The notes: generated from the letters alone by a model not told the origin. Shown: positions 7,742 through 17,010, numbered from the stretch's first letter. The stretch is DNA of 57,044 nucleotides from Armatimonadota bacterium (GCA_037440005.1 JBBIUY010000016.1:1-57044); one strand, 5' to 3'. Numbers and translations: made by a program.

Positions 7742-9696
7742 TCGCGCTGGGGGGCCGGATCAGCCTGCTGGTGGCGCTGGCCTGCTGCCTGGCGGGCCTT
7801 GTAGCGGTGCTGCGCGCGCGGACCCGGACGGTCCCCGGTCCGGGGGCCGCACGGTGGGCTGTGGGGGTGGCCCTGGCGGTGACGGCGGCGGTGGCGCTGA
7901 TGGAAGCGGCCCTGGTGGGCGGGGACTTCAGCATCCGCTACGTGGCCTCCACCACCAACCGCACCACGCCGCTGCTGTTCCGGGTCGCGTCCCTGTGGGG
8001 AGCCCTGGAAGGGTCGCTGCTGCTGTGGGCCTGGGTGCTGGCCGCGCTCACGGCGTGGGTGGCGGTCCGCTCCCGCACGGCCGCACCGCGCCTGTGGCCG
8101 GGGACGGCGGGGGTGCTGCTGGGCCTGTGCGCGTTCTTCCTGGCCCTGCTGGTGGGCCCGGCCGACCCGTTTGCGCGGCTGCCGGTGGTCCCCCCCGACG
8201 GGTCCGGGCTCAACCCCCTGCTGCAGAACCACCCGCTGATGGCCCTGCACCCCCCGGTCCTGTACCTGGGATATGTGGGCATGGCGGTGCCGTACGCGTT
8301 CGCGGTGGGCTCCCTGCTGGCCGGGCCGGACGCCGAGGAGTGGGTGGCCGTCAGCCGGCCCTGGATCCTGGGCGCATGGCTGGCGCTGACCGCCGGGCTG
8401 CTGCTGGGCGCCCGGTGGTCCTACGACGTCCTGGGCTGGGGCGGGTACTGGGCGTGGGACCCCGTGGAGAACGCCGCCCTGCTGCCGTGGCTGACCGCCA
8501 CCGCCCTGGTGCACTCGGCGATGGTGGAGGTCCGGCGAGGGCTGCTGCGGGCCTGGACGGTGGTCCTGGCCGCGGTGAGCTTCCTGCTCACGCTGGTCGG
8601 GACGTTCATCACCCGCAGCGGCGTGCTGGCCTCGGTGCACGCCTTCACCCAGTCGGCGATCGGGCCGGCGCTCCTGGCCGGTCTGGCCGCCGCCACCCTG
8701 GGGACGCTGGCCCTGCTGGCCTGGCGGCTGCCCGGCCTGCGCGAGGAGGGCGCTGTGTTCTCCGTGGCGTCCCGGGAAGCCCTGGTGGTCTTCAACAACG
8801 TGATCCTGCTGGCCATGGCCGCCACGGTGTTCGTGGGGACGGTGTTCCCGCTGGTGGTGGAGGCCACCACCGGGCAGAAGGTCACCGTGGGCCCGCCGTT
8901 CTTCAACACCGTGATCACCCCGCTGGGGCTGGCGCTGCTGGCGCTGACGGGCGCCGGAACGGTCCTGCGGTGGGGCCGGTCCACCGCGGCTGACCTCCGG
9001 CGGATGGGGCACGTCGCTGCGGCGGCGCTGGCCGCCGCCGTTGCCGCGGCCGCCGCCGGCGTGCGGGGAACGGCCACCGTGGTCGCCGTGGGCGCGGTGG
9101 CGTTCACGGCCGCCGCCCAGACGGTCGAGATCGCCCGCGGCGTCCGGACGCTGCAGGCCGCGGGGCGGTCCCTGCCCGGCGCGCTGGTCGAGGTGATCCT
9201 GCGCCACCGGCACCGGTACGCCGGCTACCTGGTCCACCTGGGGCTGGCGGTGGCGGTGGCGGGCATCGTCGGCTCCCAGGCCTCTCGCCTGGAAGTGCAC
9301 CGCCTGGTCCGGGTGGGCGAGGTCGTCCACGCCGGCGGGTACGCCTTGCGGGTGGACGAGCTGCGGGCCGGCGCCTATCCCGACCGGCTGGTGGTGTGGG
9401 CTCCCGTGTCGGTGGCGGACGGCGGCGCGGCGCTGGCCGGAGGACGCGAGCCCGCCCCGAAGGTCGTCCTGCGCCCGTCCCAGAACTTCTACCGCCACGC
9501 CCGCACCCCCGTCCCCACCCCGGCGGTGCGGTCCACCTGGCGGGAGGACCTGTACGTGGTGCTGATGGGTTTTGACCCGGGCTCCCAGACGGCCGTCCTG
9601 CGGGTGGTGGTGAGCCCGCTGGTGTCGTGGATCTGGGCCGGGGGAGCGCTCATGATCGTCGCGGGAGGGCTGGCCCTGTGGCCGCCGCGCCGCTAA
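7738..9696 (+). CDS. ccmF: Cytochrome c heme lyase CcmF
   Basis: GLNPLLQ, HPP, WGGYWAWDPVEN, SVHAF. Confidence 0.96.
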   Translation: MIALGGRISLLVALACCLAGLVAVLRARTRTVPGPGAARWAVGVALAVTAAVALMEAALVGGDFSIRYVASTTNRTTPLLFRVASLWGALEGSLLLWAWVLAALTAWVAVRSRTAAPRLWPGTAGVLLGLCAFFLALLVGPADPFARLPVVPPDGSGLNPLLQNHPLMALHPPVLYLGYVGMAVPYAFAVGSLLAGPDAEEWVAVSRPWILGAWLALTAGLLLGARWSYDVLGWGGYWAWDPVENAALLPWLTATALVHSAMVEVRRGLLRAWTVVLAAVSFLLTLVGTFITRSGVLASVHAFTQSAIGPALLAGLAAATLGTLALLAWRLPGLREEGAVFSVASREALVVFNNVILLAMAATVFVGTVFPLVVEATTGQKVTVGPPFFNTVITPLGLALLALTGAGTVLRWGRSTAADLRRMGHVAAAALAAAVAAAAAGVRGTATVVAVGAVAFTAAAQTVEIARGVRTLQAAGRSLPGALVEVILRHRHRYAGYLVHLGLAVAVAGIVGSQASRLEVHRLVRVGEVVHAGGYALRVDELRAGAYPDRLVVWAPVSVADGGAALAGGREPAPKVVLRPSQNFYRHARTPVPTPAVRSTWREDLYVVLMGFDPGSQTAVLRVVVSPLVSWIWAGGALMIVAGGLALWPPRR

Positions 9697-9746
9697 CGCC
9701 CCCTTCCTCCCGCCCGCCTCGGGAGGAGGCGCCGCCTCCTGCAGCG

Positions 9747-10304
9747 GTGCATGGGGAGGCGGCGCAGCGCCGTGCGAGCAGGGTGTGGCTGTGGGCGGCC
9801 CTGGCCGTGGCGGTGGCCGTGCTGGCCGTGCTGGGAGCGGGGCTGCGCCGCGACCCGCGCCGGCTGCCCTCGCCGCTGGTGGGCCGTCCGACGCCGGCGT
9901 TCTCCCTGCCCCTGCTGAATGGCGGCGTGCTGCGCTCGGAGGCGCTGCGGGGGCGCGTGGTGGTGGTCAACTTCTGGGCGTCGTGGTGCTACCCGGCCTG
10001 CTACGACGAGGCGCCCCACCTGCAGCGCCTGTGGGACAGGTACGGCGAGCGCGGGGTGGTGGTCGTCGGCATCAACATCCAGGACACCGAGGCCGGGGCC
10101 CGGGCGTTCGTGCGGCGCTTCGGGCAGACCTTTCCCGTGGGGAGGGACCGCACCGGCTCCATCGCCATCGACTTCGGCGTGGTCGGCGTGCCGGAGACCT
10201 ACCTCATCGACCGACAGGGACGGATCGTGTTCAAGCACGCGGGAGCGGTGACCGAAGATCTGCTGGCGGCCCGGATCGAGGCCCTGCTGGCGCAGGGCCG
10301 GTGA
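9747..10304 (+). CDS. ccmG: Thiol:disulfide interchange protein CcmG/DsbE (TlpA family)
   Basis: N-terminal TM, LPSPLVG, NFWASWCYPAC, GVPETYLID. Start codon uncertain. Confidence 0.88.
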   Translation: MHGEAAQRRASRVWLWAALAVAVAVLAVLGAGLRRDPRRLPSPLVGRPTPAFSLPLLNGGVLRSEALRGRVVVVNFWASWCYPACYDEAPHLQRLWDRYGERGVVVVGINIQDTEAGARAFVRRFGQTFPVGRDRTGSIAIDFGVVGVPETYLIDRQGRIVFKHAGAVTEDLLAARIEALLAQGR

Positions 10305-10336
10305 CCCGTGGCCACAACGGCGGGCGGGGGGCGGCG

Positions 10337-10894
10337 ATGGGCGAGCGGCCACCGATGACGGCGGACACCGGCAGGCGGCGCAGGTGGGTCGTCGTCCTGG
10401 TCCTGGCGGCGGCGATTGCGCCACGTCTCGGTCTGGCCGATCCCGCACCCGCGGCGGAGCGGACCCCGGACCTGGATGCCCGGGCGCAGGCGATCGCGGC
10501 CCGGCTGCGGTGCCCGGTGTGCCAGAACGAAAGCGTGGCCGACTCTCCGGCGGAACTGGCCGCCCAGATGCGCGCGATGATCCGGGACAGGCTGGCCGCC
10601 GGGGAGAGCGAGGAGCAGATCATCGCCTACTTCGTGGACCGCTACGGCCAGTGGATCCTGCTGGAGCCCCCGCGGCGGGGGATCCTGTGGGTGGTGTGGC
10701 TGACGCCGGCGGCGGCGGTGCTGGCCGGCGCCGCCCTGGCGGCGGCGTACCTGCGCCGCGCGATCAAGGCGGGCGCAGCTTCTTCAGCTGCCGATTCGGA
10801 CAGTTATCCATCCGTTGACAATCCGCAACAACCCGGAATCTGGGGTCAGACCCCTGACGTTGGCCGCGTTTGGAAGAAGTCATCTGATCGTTAA
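10337..10894 (+). CDS. ccmH: Cytochrome c biogenesis protein CcmH
   Basis: LRCPVCQNESVADS, YFVDRYG. Alternative starts 10301 and 10355. The C-terminal tail runs into the low-GC repeat zone. Confidence 0.9.
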   Translation: MGERPPMTADTGRRRRWVVVLVLAAAIAPRLGLADPAPAAERTPDLDARAQAIAARLRCPVCQNESVADSPAELAAQMRAMIRDRLAAGESEEQIIAYFVDRYGQWILLEPPRRGILWVVWLTPAAAVLAGAALAAAYLRRAIKAGAASSAADSDSYPSVDNPQQPGIWGQTPDVGRVWKKSSDR

Positions 10895-10959
10895 CAGTAT
10901 TCCGCCCAGGAATTTGGGGTCAGACCCAAAACGTCGCGCGGAAATCGGGGTCAGACCCC
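10842..10959. repeat. Three copies of a REP-like palindrome GGGGTCAGACCC(C)
   Basis: Copies at 10842-10854, 10916-10927 and 10947-10959, in a lower-GC patch between convergent genes. Confidence 0.8.
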
Positions 10960-11003
10960 GGTTGCAGCTCCGACGCGGACCGTCGGCTTTCGAGAAGGCG
11001 TCG

Positions 11004-12605
11004 CTACGCCGGCCGGCGGGTGTCCTGCAGCAGGCGGTCCACCAGTGCGTTCACCTCGTCGACCGGGAAGTAACAGTAGGGATACCCCCGGTGGGTGGCC
11101 GCCTGCATCGCGGCGTCGGTGGCGGGCCTGTCCAGGTCCCGCAGCTGACGGGTCAGGCGCTCGACCTGGTCGCCCAGGGCCCGGGCCAGCTCGGCGTTGA
11201 TCTGCCGGATCCGGTGGGTGATCTTCCGGCGCTGGCGGCGGCTGAGCGCGGCCGACGACAGCGTCGCGATCAGGGAGTTCTTCTCCGCGATCAGCATCCG
11301 CTGGTCCGGGGTGGGATCGTCCAGCAGCCGGTCGGGGTTGTGCTGCAGCCGCATCAGCCGCTGGCGCAGATCCCTGCGCCGCGCCGCCAGGTCCTCCGCC
11401 GCCAGGGGGAGGTGCACGGTGGCGGTGGCCACCGCGTAGGGCGGCGGAGTCAGGGCCAGGTAGTCGGCGATCACCGCGTCGGTCACCCGATCGTACCGTC
11501 CTCCTCCCACCCCGTGGATGAACAGGTCGGCCACGACCAGCCGCGTGAACAGGGTCAGGGTGAGGGCCCGCGGGCGCAGGGGCACCTCCTCCAGTGCCTG
11601 CGGGCCCGCGCCGGGGGACAGGGCGGCCACCTCCCTCTCGTCTGCCGTCAGGACCAGGTGGTCCCCCCGGCGGCGCACGAACAGCGGGCGGCGGCGCCCT
11701 CTGTCCAGCAGCCAGAAGGGCGCCTCCACCTCCCGGTCGGTGCGTTCCAGATCGGGGAACGGCTGCGCCCGGGTGCGGATGCCCTGGCGGTCCCGGTAGG
11801 CCTGCAGCTGGCGATTGTACACCGCCGCGAAGCGGTCGGCGTCCGCCAGCAGGTGGAGGGCGTACCGTCGGAACGCCTCGGTACGGCTGAGGATCGAGAC
11901 GGGGACCTCCAGGTAGCCCAGTCCCTCGTAGCGGTGTCGGGCCGCGGTCATAAACTCGCCCAGGTCGGCGGCCTGCACGTCGGCGGTCAGGTCCGCAAAC
12001 CGGCGCAGGGCCGCCTGGGCCTGATCCAGAGCCAGCGCCTCCAGGTGCGCCCGCAGGCGGCCCACAAACCCGCTCCACCGGGCGGGCGTGGGGGGAGGGA
12101 GCGCCTCGTAGGGCACCTCCGGCTCCGCCTCCACCAGCACCTCCCGCGCCAGGACCACGCCGCCCGGACCCCAGGCCGGCACGTCGGCCCCCACCTCGCC
12201 CGCCTCGTCGCTGTCCACCGGAATGCCCAGCGCGACGGCGCCGTCCTGCTGGAGGCGGGCGGCCAGCAGGTACTTGATCCACACCCCGGGGTGGAAGAGA
12301 AACGGCTGGTGGCCGGTGACCACCAGCGGTGCCCGCGCGGCCGGAACGTCGGCGGCAGTGCCCAGGCGGCGGGTGTAGGCGGCGGCGGCCGCCAGGACCT
12401 CCTCCCGCGCCTGCGCCCGCAGCCTGCCCAGCGGAACCCCGCCCACCGGCGTCTCGGCGGCGTCCAGGGCCGCGCCCGCCCGGCGCGCCAGCGCCACCAG
12501 CTCTCCGGCCGGCGGGACGCACACCGCCTCCCCTGACCGCCGGGGGATGTCCACCTCCGCAGGGTGTCCCCCGGCCAGACCGCGCCCCCCGTCCTCCCCG
12601 ACCAT
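11004..12605 (-). CDS. BshC-like (bacillithiol cysteine ligase-like) protein, divergent
   Basis: VVTGHQPFLFHPG..IKY resembles the BshC VTGQQ..GP..K region; LRPRAL, FIHGVGGGRYD, C-terminal coiled coil; adjacent to bshB1. Confidence 0.6.
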   Translation of the reverse strand: MVGEDGGRGLAGGHPAEVDIPRRSGEAVCVPPAGELVALARRAGAALDAAETPVGGVPLGRLRAQAREEVLAAAAAYTRRLGTAADVPAARAPLVVTGHQPFLFHPGVWIKYLLAARLQQDGAVALGIPVDSDEAGEVGADVPAWGPGGVVLAREVLVEAEPEVPYEALPPPTPARWSGFVGRLRAHLEALALDQAQAALRRFADLTADVQAADLGEFMTAARHRYEGLGYLEVPVSILSRTEAFRRYALHLLADADRFAAVYNRQLQAYRDRQGIRTRAQPFPDLERTDREVEAPFWLLDRGRRRPLFVRRRGDHLVLTADEREVAALSPGAGPQALEEVPLRPRALTLTLFTRLVVADLFIHGVGGGRYDRVTDAVIADYLALTPPPYAVATATVHLPLAAEDLAARRRDLRQRLMRLQHNPDRLLDDPTPDQRMLIAEKNSLIATLSSAALSRRQRRKITHRIRQINAELARALGDQVERLTRQLRDLDRPATDAAMQAATHRGYPYCYFPVDEVNALVDRLLQDTRRPA

Positions 12606-12609
12606 CGCC

Positions 12610-13287
12610 CTACGCGAGCTGGTCCAGGCCGCGCAGGCCCAGCGGTTCCCGGCAGATGAACGGCTCCCCGTACTCCCGCCCGATCAGGGTGCCGTAGTAG
12701 CGGTTGAGGTCCCGCAGCCGGTCCACAAATCCTTCGGTCCCCCGCTCGGGCCCGAACTGGGAGGCGTAGGCGCGCACGGCGGCGAGCTTGCGGTCGATCA
12801 CGGCGGAGATGTCCATGATGAACGTGGGCTGCAGCGCCAGGCGGTAGTGGCTGGTGACGAAGTGGACGACCCGGGGCGGGTAGACCGGGTCGCCCGGGAT
12901 GGGGCTGTGGGTCAGCTTGGCGTAAAACCGCGCCGCCTCCGCCAGCGCCGAGGCGGCCACGTGGTCGGGGTGGGCGTCCACCCAGTAGGGGACGAAGAGG
13001 ATGTCGGGGCGCACCCGGCGGATGACTTCCGCCACCGTCCGGCGGTTGGGAATCGAGTCCACCAGCTCCCGGTTCGGCAGGTCCAGGGTGATGCGGCGGA
13101 CGCCCAGCAGGTCGGCGGCGGCCGCCGCCTCCGCCAGGCGGCGCTCGGGCGTGCCCACCGGCGTCGGCTCCCCGTTGGTCAGGTCGCAGACGGTCACCTC
13201 GTGGCCCTGGCCGCGCAGCACCAGGACCGTCCCGCCCATGCCGATCTCCACGTCGTCGGGGTGCGCCCCGATGGCCAGGATCTTCAC
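12610..13287 (-). CDS. bshB1: PIG-L family N-acetylglucosaminyl deacetylase, BshB1-like
   Basis: AIGAHPDDVE, LTNGEPT, DAHPDH, AYASQF, EYGEPF. Confidence 0.85.
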   Translation of the reverse strand: MKILAIGAHPDDVEIGMGGTVLVLRGQGHEVTVCDLTNGEPTPVGTPERRLAEAAAAADLLGVRRITLDLPNRELVDSIPNRRTVAEVIRRVRPDILFVPYWVDAHPDHVAASALAEAARFYAKLTHSPIPGDPVYPPRVVHFVTSHYRLALQPTFIMDISAVIDRKLAAVRAYASQFGPERGTEGFVDRLRDLNRYYGTLIGREYGEPFICREPLGLRGLDQLA

Positions 13288-14036
13288 CGCGTCCTCTCCC
13301 GCACCAGCACCAGGCGGTCGGGCAGCCAGCGGGCCACCTCCGCCTCCAGCACCGACAGGTAATACGCGCGTCGGGTCCCGGGATCATCCAGCCCGCCCCA
13401 GAACTTCCGGCGGGGGTTCTTGTAGATGCGGGCCACCGCCAGTTCCACCACCCGCAGGCCCCGGGCCGCGGCCTGCACCCACACCTGCAGGGGCATCCCA
13501 TAGCTGGGCTCGGTCAGCTCCAGCAGCCGCAGGGCCTCCCCCCGGTAGGCCTTGAAGCCGCACCAGGCGTCGGTGAGGGGATAGCCGGTGACCGCCCGCA
13601 GTAGGGCCACAAACTCCTGGTTGATCCGGTACCGGTCGGGGGGCGGCGGGTCGCCCGGCAGGGTGGGATCCAGGTAGCGGCTGCCCGAGACGATGTCGGC
13701 GCGGTCCAGGGCTCGCAGGAAATCGGGGATCCGGCGGGGCTCGTGCTGCTCGTCGCAGTCCAGGGTGACGGCGGCGTCGTAGCCGCCCTCGACGGCGCGG
13801 CGGAATCCCGAGATCAACGACGCCCCGTAGCCGCGGTTGACCCCGTGGCGGATCACCTGGACCGGGTGCTGCCGCAGGATGTCCAGGGAGCGGTCGGTGG
13901 ACCCGTCGTCCACCACCACCACGTCGCAGCCCGGCGCGTGGCGGCGCACCTCGGTCAGGACGCGGTCTAAGGTGGCCTCTTCGTTGTAGACAGGGATGAT
14001 GATGAGCGCGCGGCGCTGCCGGTCGGAGACGGTCAC
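13284..14036 (-). CDS. Glycosyltransferase family 2 (polyprenol-phosphate/DPM synthase-like)
   Basis: IIPVYNEE, VDDGSTD, NRGYG, LDCDEQH, GSRY, TDAWCGFKAY. Confidence 0.9.
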   Translation of the reverse strand: MTVSDRQRRALIIIPVYNEEATLDRVLTEVRRHAPGCDVVVVDDGSTDRSLDILRQHPVQVIRHGVNRGYGASLISGFRRAVEGGYDAAVTLDCDEQHEPRRIPDFLRALDRADIVSGSRYLDPTLPGDPPPPDRYRINQEFVALLRAVTGYPLTDAWCGFKAYRGEALRLLELTEPSYGMPLQVWVQAAARGLRVVELAVARIYKNPRRKFWGGLDDPGTRRAYYLSVLEAEVARWLPDRLVLVRERTR

Positions 14037-14080
14037 TCACCCAGTATACGGACCGCCTCCGGCCGCGCGCAACCGCTCGG

Positions 14081-14704
14081 TCAGCCGGCGGCGCGCCCGT
14101 AGGCCGCCATCATCTCCACCAGCACCCGGTCCAAGAACGCATCGATGCGGCGCAGGGCCGCCACCTTGTCCTCGGCTCCCACCGGCAGCCGGGTGGCCAC
14201 CGACTCGACGATGGCTTCTTTGAAGAACAGAAACGCCCGCGCCGCGTCCGGAGGGGACAGCCCCCGGGCCGCCACCTCCTGACCCAGAGCGCGGCCCGCC
14301 GCCTCGCCCTCGCGCAGCGACAGGCCCCGGTGGCGGCCGCCGGACAGGTAGCCGGCCAGAGCCTCCATCAGCCTCCGGCAGGTCTGCCGCAGGCTCTCGG
14401 CCCCCTCCGGCCCCACCCGCGCGTACCACGGCTGCGCGCGGATCTGCCGGCGCGAGGAGCCGGGCAGGAGCCGGGCGGCCCGGGCTCCCACCACCTCCTG
14501 CAACGTCCGGCGGCGGCGCTGGCGGACCACGAACGCCTCCAGGTCCTCGCGCCGGTAGCGGCGGTGCCCTCCCGGCGTCCGAAACGCAGGGAGGCGTCCG
14601 GTGTCGGTCCAGGCCCGCAGGGTGGACGGGTCCACGCCCAGCAGGCGGCAGGCCTGGCCCACCGTCAGCCACCCGCCGGCCTGGGGCCGGACCCGGACGG
14701 TCAC
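14081..14704 (-). CDS. Excisionase/MerR-type HTH DNA-binding protein with a helical C-terminal (sensor-like) domain
   Basis: WLTVGQACRLLGVDPSTLRAW..RTPGGHRRY; C-terminal domain predicted all-helical. Confidence 0.82.
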   Translation of the reverse strand: MTVRVRPQAGGWLTVGQACRLLGVDPSTLRAWTDTGRLPAFRTPGGHRRYRREDLEAFVVRQRRRRTLQEVVGARAARLLPGSSRRQIRAQPWYARVGPEGAESLRQTCRRLMEALAGYLSGGRHRGLSLREGEAAGRALGQEVAARGLSPPDAARAFLFFKEAIVESVATRLPVGAEDKVAALRRIDAFLDRVLVEMMAAYGRAAG

Positions 14705-15453
14705 GCCTCCGCCCTCCTCGCCGCCGGAGCGGGCGCGGGGACGCGGACGGTGGCCAGTACGAACCCCGCAAACATCACCACCGCGGCCACCAGTTCGGCC
14801 AGGTAGAGCACGTCGGCCAGCCCCAGCCGCACCAGGGTGCTGGCCGCGGCCAGGGACAGGGCGCCCGCGGCGATCAGGATGTTGCCCACCACCCGCTGGG
14901 GAACGATCTCCTTGCGGTACAGCAGCCAGGCCGAATACAGCGCCCCGCCCACCAGGGTCACGGTGCCGTAGATGTTGAACAGGGGCGTGATCCGGCGCAC
15001 GGGCGCGCCCCGGGGGAGGATGCCGGGGCGGACCTCACCGGAGGGTCCGACCGCCTCCCGGTACTGGGCGCTGAGGGGTTCGTCCGGGGTAAAGCGCGAG
15101 GCGTCCAGGGGGGTGGTGAAGACCAGGTAGGCGGCCAGGAGGCTGCCCGCCAGCAGCACGGCCATCAGGGTCCGGGCCACGGACTTCCTGCGGGCCAGCA
15201 AAAAGACCGTCCCCTGCCCCAGCCAGGCGGCGTTGAGTATCGCCCCGTTGAGGTACCACAGACGGAAGACGGTCGGATGCCACGCTACAGACGAGTAGGC
15301 TTCGGCGAAGCTGGCGATCCCGAACATCACCAGGCCCACTCCCCACAGCAGCAGGTGGGTACCGCCCCTCTGGCGGTACCGCCGGAAGACCAACAGGGCG
15401 AACACCGCGATGACGGCCGACGAGACAAACGGCAGCGCCTGGGTTGCGGTCAT
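14701..15453 (-). CDS. Polytopic (about 7 TM) membrane protein of unknown function
   Basis: Multiple hydrophobic helices; GGAGGAGG SD before ATG; GTGA coupling to the HTH gene. Confidence 0.8.
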   Translation of the reverse strand: MTATQALPFVSSAVIAVFALLVFRRYRQRGGTHLLLWGVGLVMFGIASFAEAYSSVAWHPTVFRLWYLNGAILNAAWLGQGTVFLLARRKSVARTLMAVLLAGSLLAAYLVFTTPLDASRFTPDEPLSAQYREAVGPSGEVRPGILPRGAPVRRITPLFNIYGTVTLVGGALYSAWLLYRKEIVPQRVVGNILIAAGALSLAAASTLVRLGLADVLYLAELVAAVVMFAGFVLATVRVPAPAPAARRAEA

Positions 15454-15469
15454 CGGCACCTCCTCCGTC

Positions 15470-15640
15470 CTAGCGTCCCGGATACGGCAGCACGCCCAGC
15501 AGCACGGCGGCCGCCAGGACCAGCACCGCCGCCGTTGCGACCGCCAGGATCATCAGGGCCGCGCCCACCCCGATCCGGTAGGCCCGGCTGCGGGTGACCG
15601 CGGGCCGGGGAGCGCGCCAGCGCCGGGACGGCCCCGTCAC
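15470..15640 (-). CDS. Small single-TM protein (56 aa)
   Basis: GTG overlaps the hemG stop; hydrophobic C-terminal helix. Confidence 0.5.
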   Translation of the reverse strand: MTGPSRRWRAPRPAVTRSRAYRIGVGAALMILAVATAAVLVLAAAVLLGVLPYPGR

Positions 15641-17010
15641 GGCCCCGCCTGAGGAGCCTTCGCCAGGGCGCGGGCCGCCGCCTCCATGCCCTGGCGGATG
15701 CAGTCGGGCAGGCCCACTCCCCGGTACGCCGCCCCGGCGACCACCATCCCGGGATGGCGGCGCAGCGCCTGCTCGATCTCCGCCACCAGGTCCAGGTGTC
15801 CGACGCGGTACTGGGGCAAAGCCTGGTCCCACCGGTGGACCCGCGCCAGGACCGGGGGGCCCGCCAGGCCGAGTGCGGGGCGGGCTTCCTCCAGCACCGT
15901 GGTGACCAGATCGTCGTCGGCCGCGCTGTACGAACCGGCGCCCACATAAAAGCGCAGCAGCACGTATCCCGGCGGGGCCCGCTGCGGCCACTTGGCGCTG
16001 GACCAGGTGCACGCCGTATGCCGCAGCCCCTCCCCGCGGGCCACCAGGTAGCCGTGGCCGGACAAAGGATGGGCCACCTGCTCCCGCCCCAGCCCCACCG
16101 ACACCACCGCCGCCGGCGCGTAGGAGATCTGCCGCAGCCGCCGGGCCACGTCGGGGACCGCCGGCTCCAGCAGCGCGGCGGCCTGGGGAGCGGGGGCGGC
16201 GACCACGACCGCGTCGGCGGACACCTCGTGCCCGCCGTCCAGGCACACCCGGTAGCCCGTCCCTGCGGGCAGGAGGGCCTGCGCCCGGCATCCGGTGCGG
16301 ACGGTGGTACGCTGCAGGTCGGCGGCCAGGCGGTCCACCAGCTCACCCAGCCCGCCCGCGAGGGTCGCAAGCGCCGGCTGCCGCCCGTCGGTGGGGGCGG
16401 CGCGGAGCGCGCGCAGCAGGCTGCGGTGGCGGCGCACCATCTCCCGGTACTGGGGGACTGTGGCCTGCAGGCTGAGGCGGTCGGGATCGCCGCCGTAGAT
16501 GCCGCCCAGCCACGGGCCCACCAGGCGGTCCACCACCGCCGCGCCCAGCCGGCGGCGGAAGAACGCCCCCACCGACGCGTCGGCGTCGTCGCGCTCGGGC
16601 GGCACCAGAGGCTCCAGCGCCATGCGCACTTTTTCCGGCCAGGAGAACAGGCGGCTGCGCGCCAGCGCCCCCACCCGGCGGGGCACCAGTCCCCCCCCGT
16701 CGGCGGGCAGGGGATGGAGCCTCCGCCGGTGCAGGACGTAGACACGCCGGGGAGGCTGCGGGTGGACGATCCGGTCCTCTAGACCCAGCGCGCGGCAGAG
16801 GTCCAGCGCCCAGGGCTTGCCGATCAGGAAGGAGTCCGGACCGGCTTCCACCACGAACCCGCCCGCGCGCTCGGTGGCCACGGCCCCGCCCAGGCGCGCC
16901 GACGCCTCGACCAGCCAGGGCTCCACGTCCGCCCCCGACCGCGCCGCCCGGTCCAGGGCCCAGGCCGCGGCCAGTCCCGTGATCCCGCCGCCCACCACCA
17001 CCACCCTCAC
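15637..17010 (-). CDS. hemG: HemY/HemG-type copro/protoporphyrinogen oxidase (CgoX)
   Basis: VVGGGITG, EAGPDSF, GIYGGD, LPQYRVGH, GVGLPDCI. Confidence 0.93.
   Translation of the reverse strand: MRVVVVGGGITGLAAAWALDRAARSGADVEPWLVEASARLGGAVATERAGGFVVEAGPDSFLIGKPWALDLCRALGLEDRIVHPQPPRRVYVLHRRRLHPLPADGGGLVPRRVGALARSRLFSWPEKVRMALEPLVPPERDDADASVGAFFRRRLGAAVVDRLVGPWLGGIYGGDPDRLSLQATVPQYREMVRRHRSLLRALRAAPTDGRQPALATLAGGLGELVDRLAADLQRTTVRTGCRAQALLPAGTGYRVCLDGGHEVSADAVVVAAPAPQAAALLEPAVPDVARRLRQISYAPAAVVSVGLGREQVAHPLSGHGYLVARGEGLRHTACTWSSAKWPQRAPPGYVLLRFYVGAGSYSAADDDLVTTVLEEARPALGLAGPPVLARVHRWDQALPQYRVGHLDLVAEIEQALRRHPGMVVAGAAYRGVGLPDCIRQGMEAAARALAKAPQAGP

Noticed and set aside
10842..10959. Possible mini CRISPR array
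   Set aside because: Repeats are only 12-13 bp with unequal spacing (61 and 19 nt) and no cas genes; treated as REP-like.
14081..14704. Prophage/ICE excisionase
   Set aside because: No integrase, att sites or phage genes; the HTH is fused to a large extra domain and coupled to an operon.
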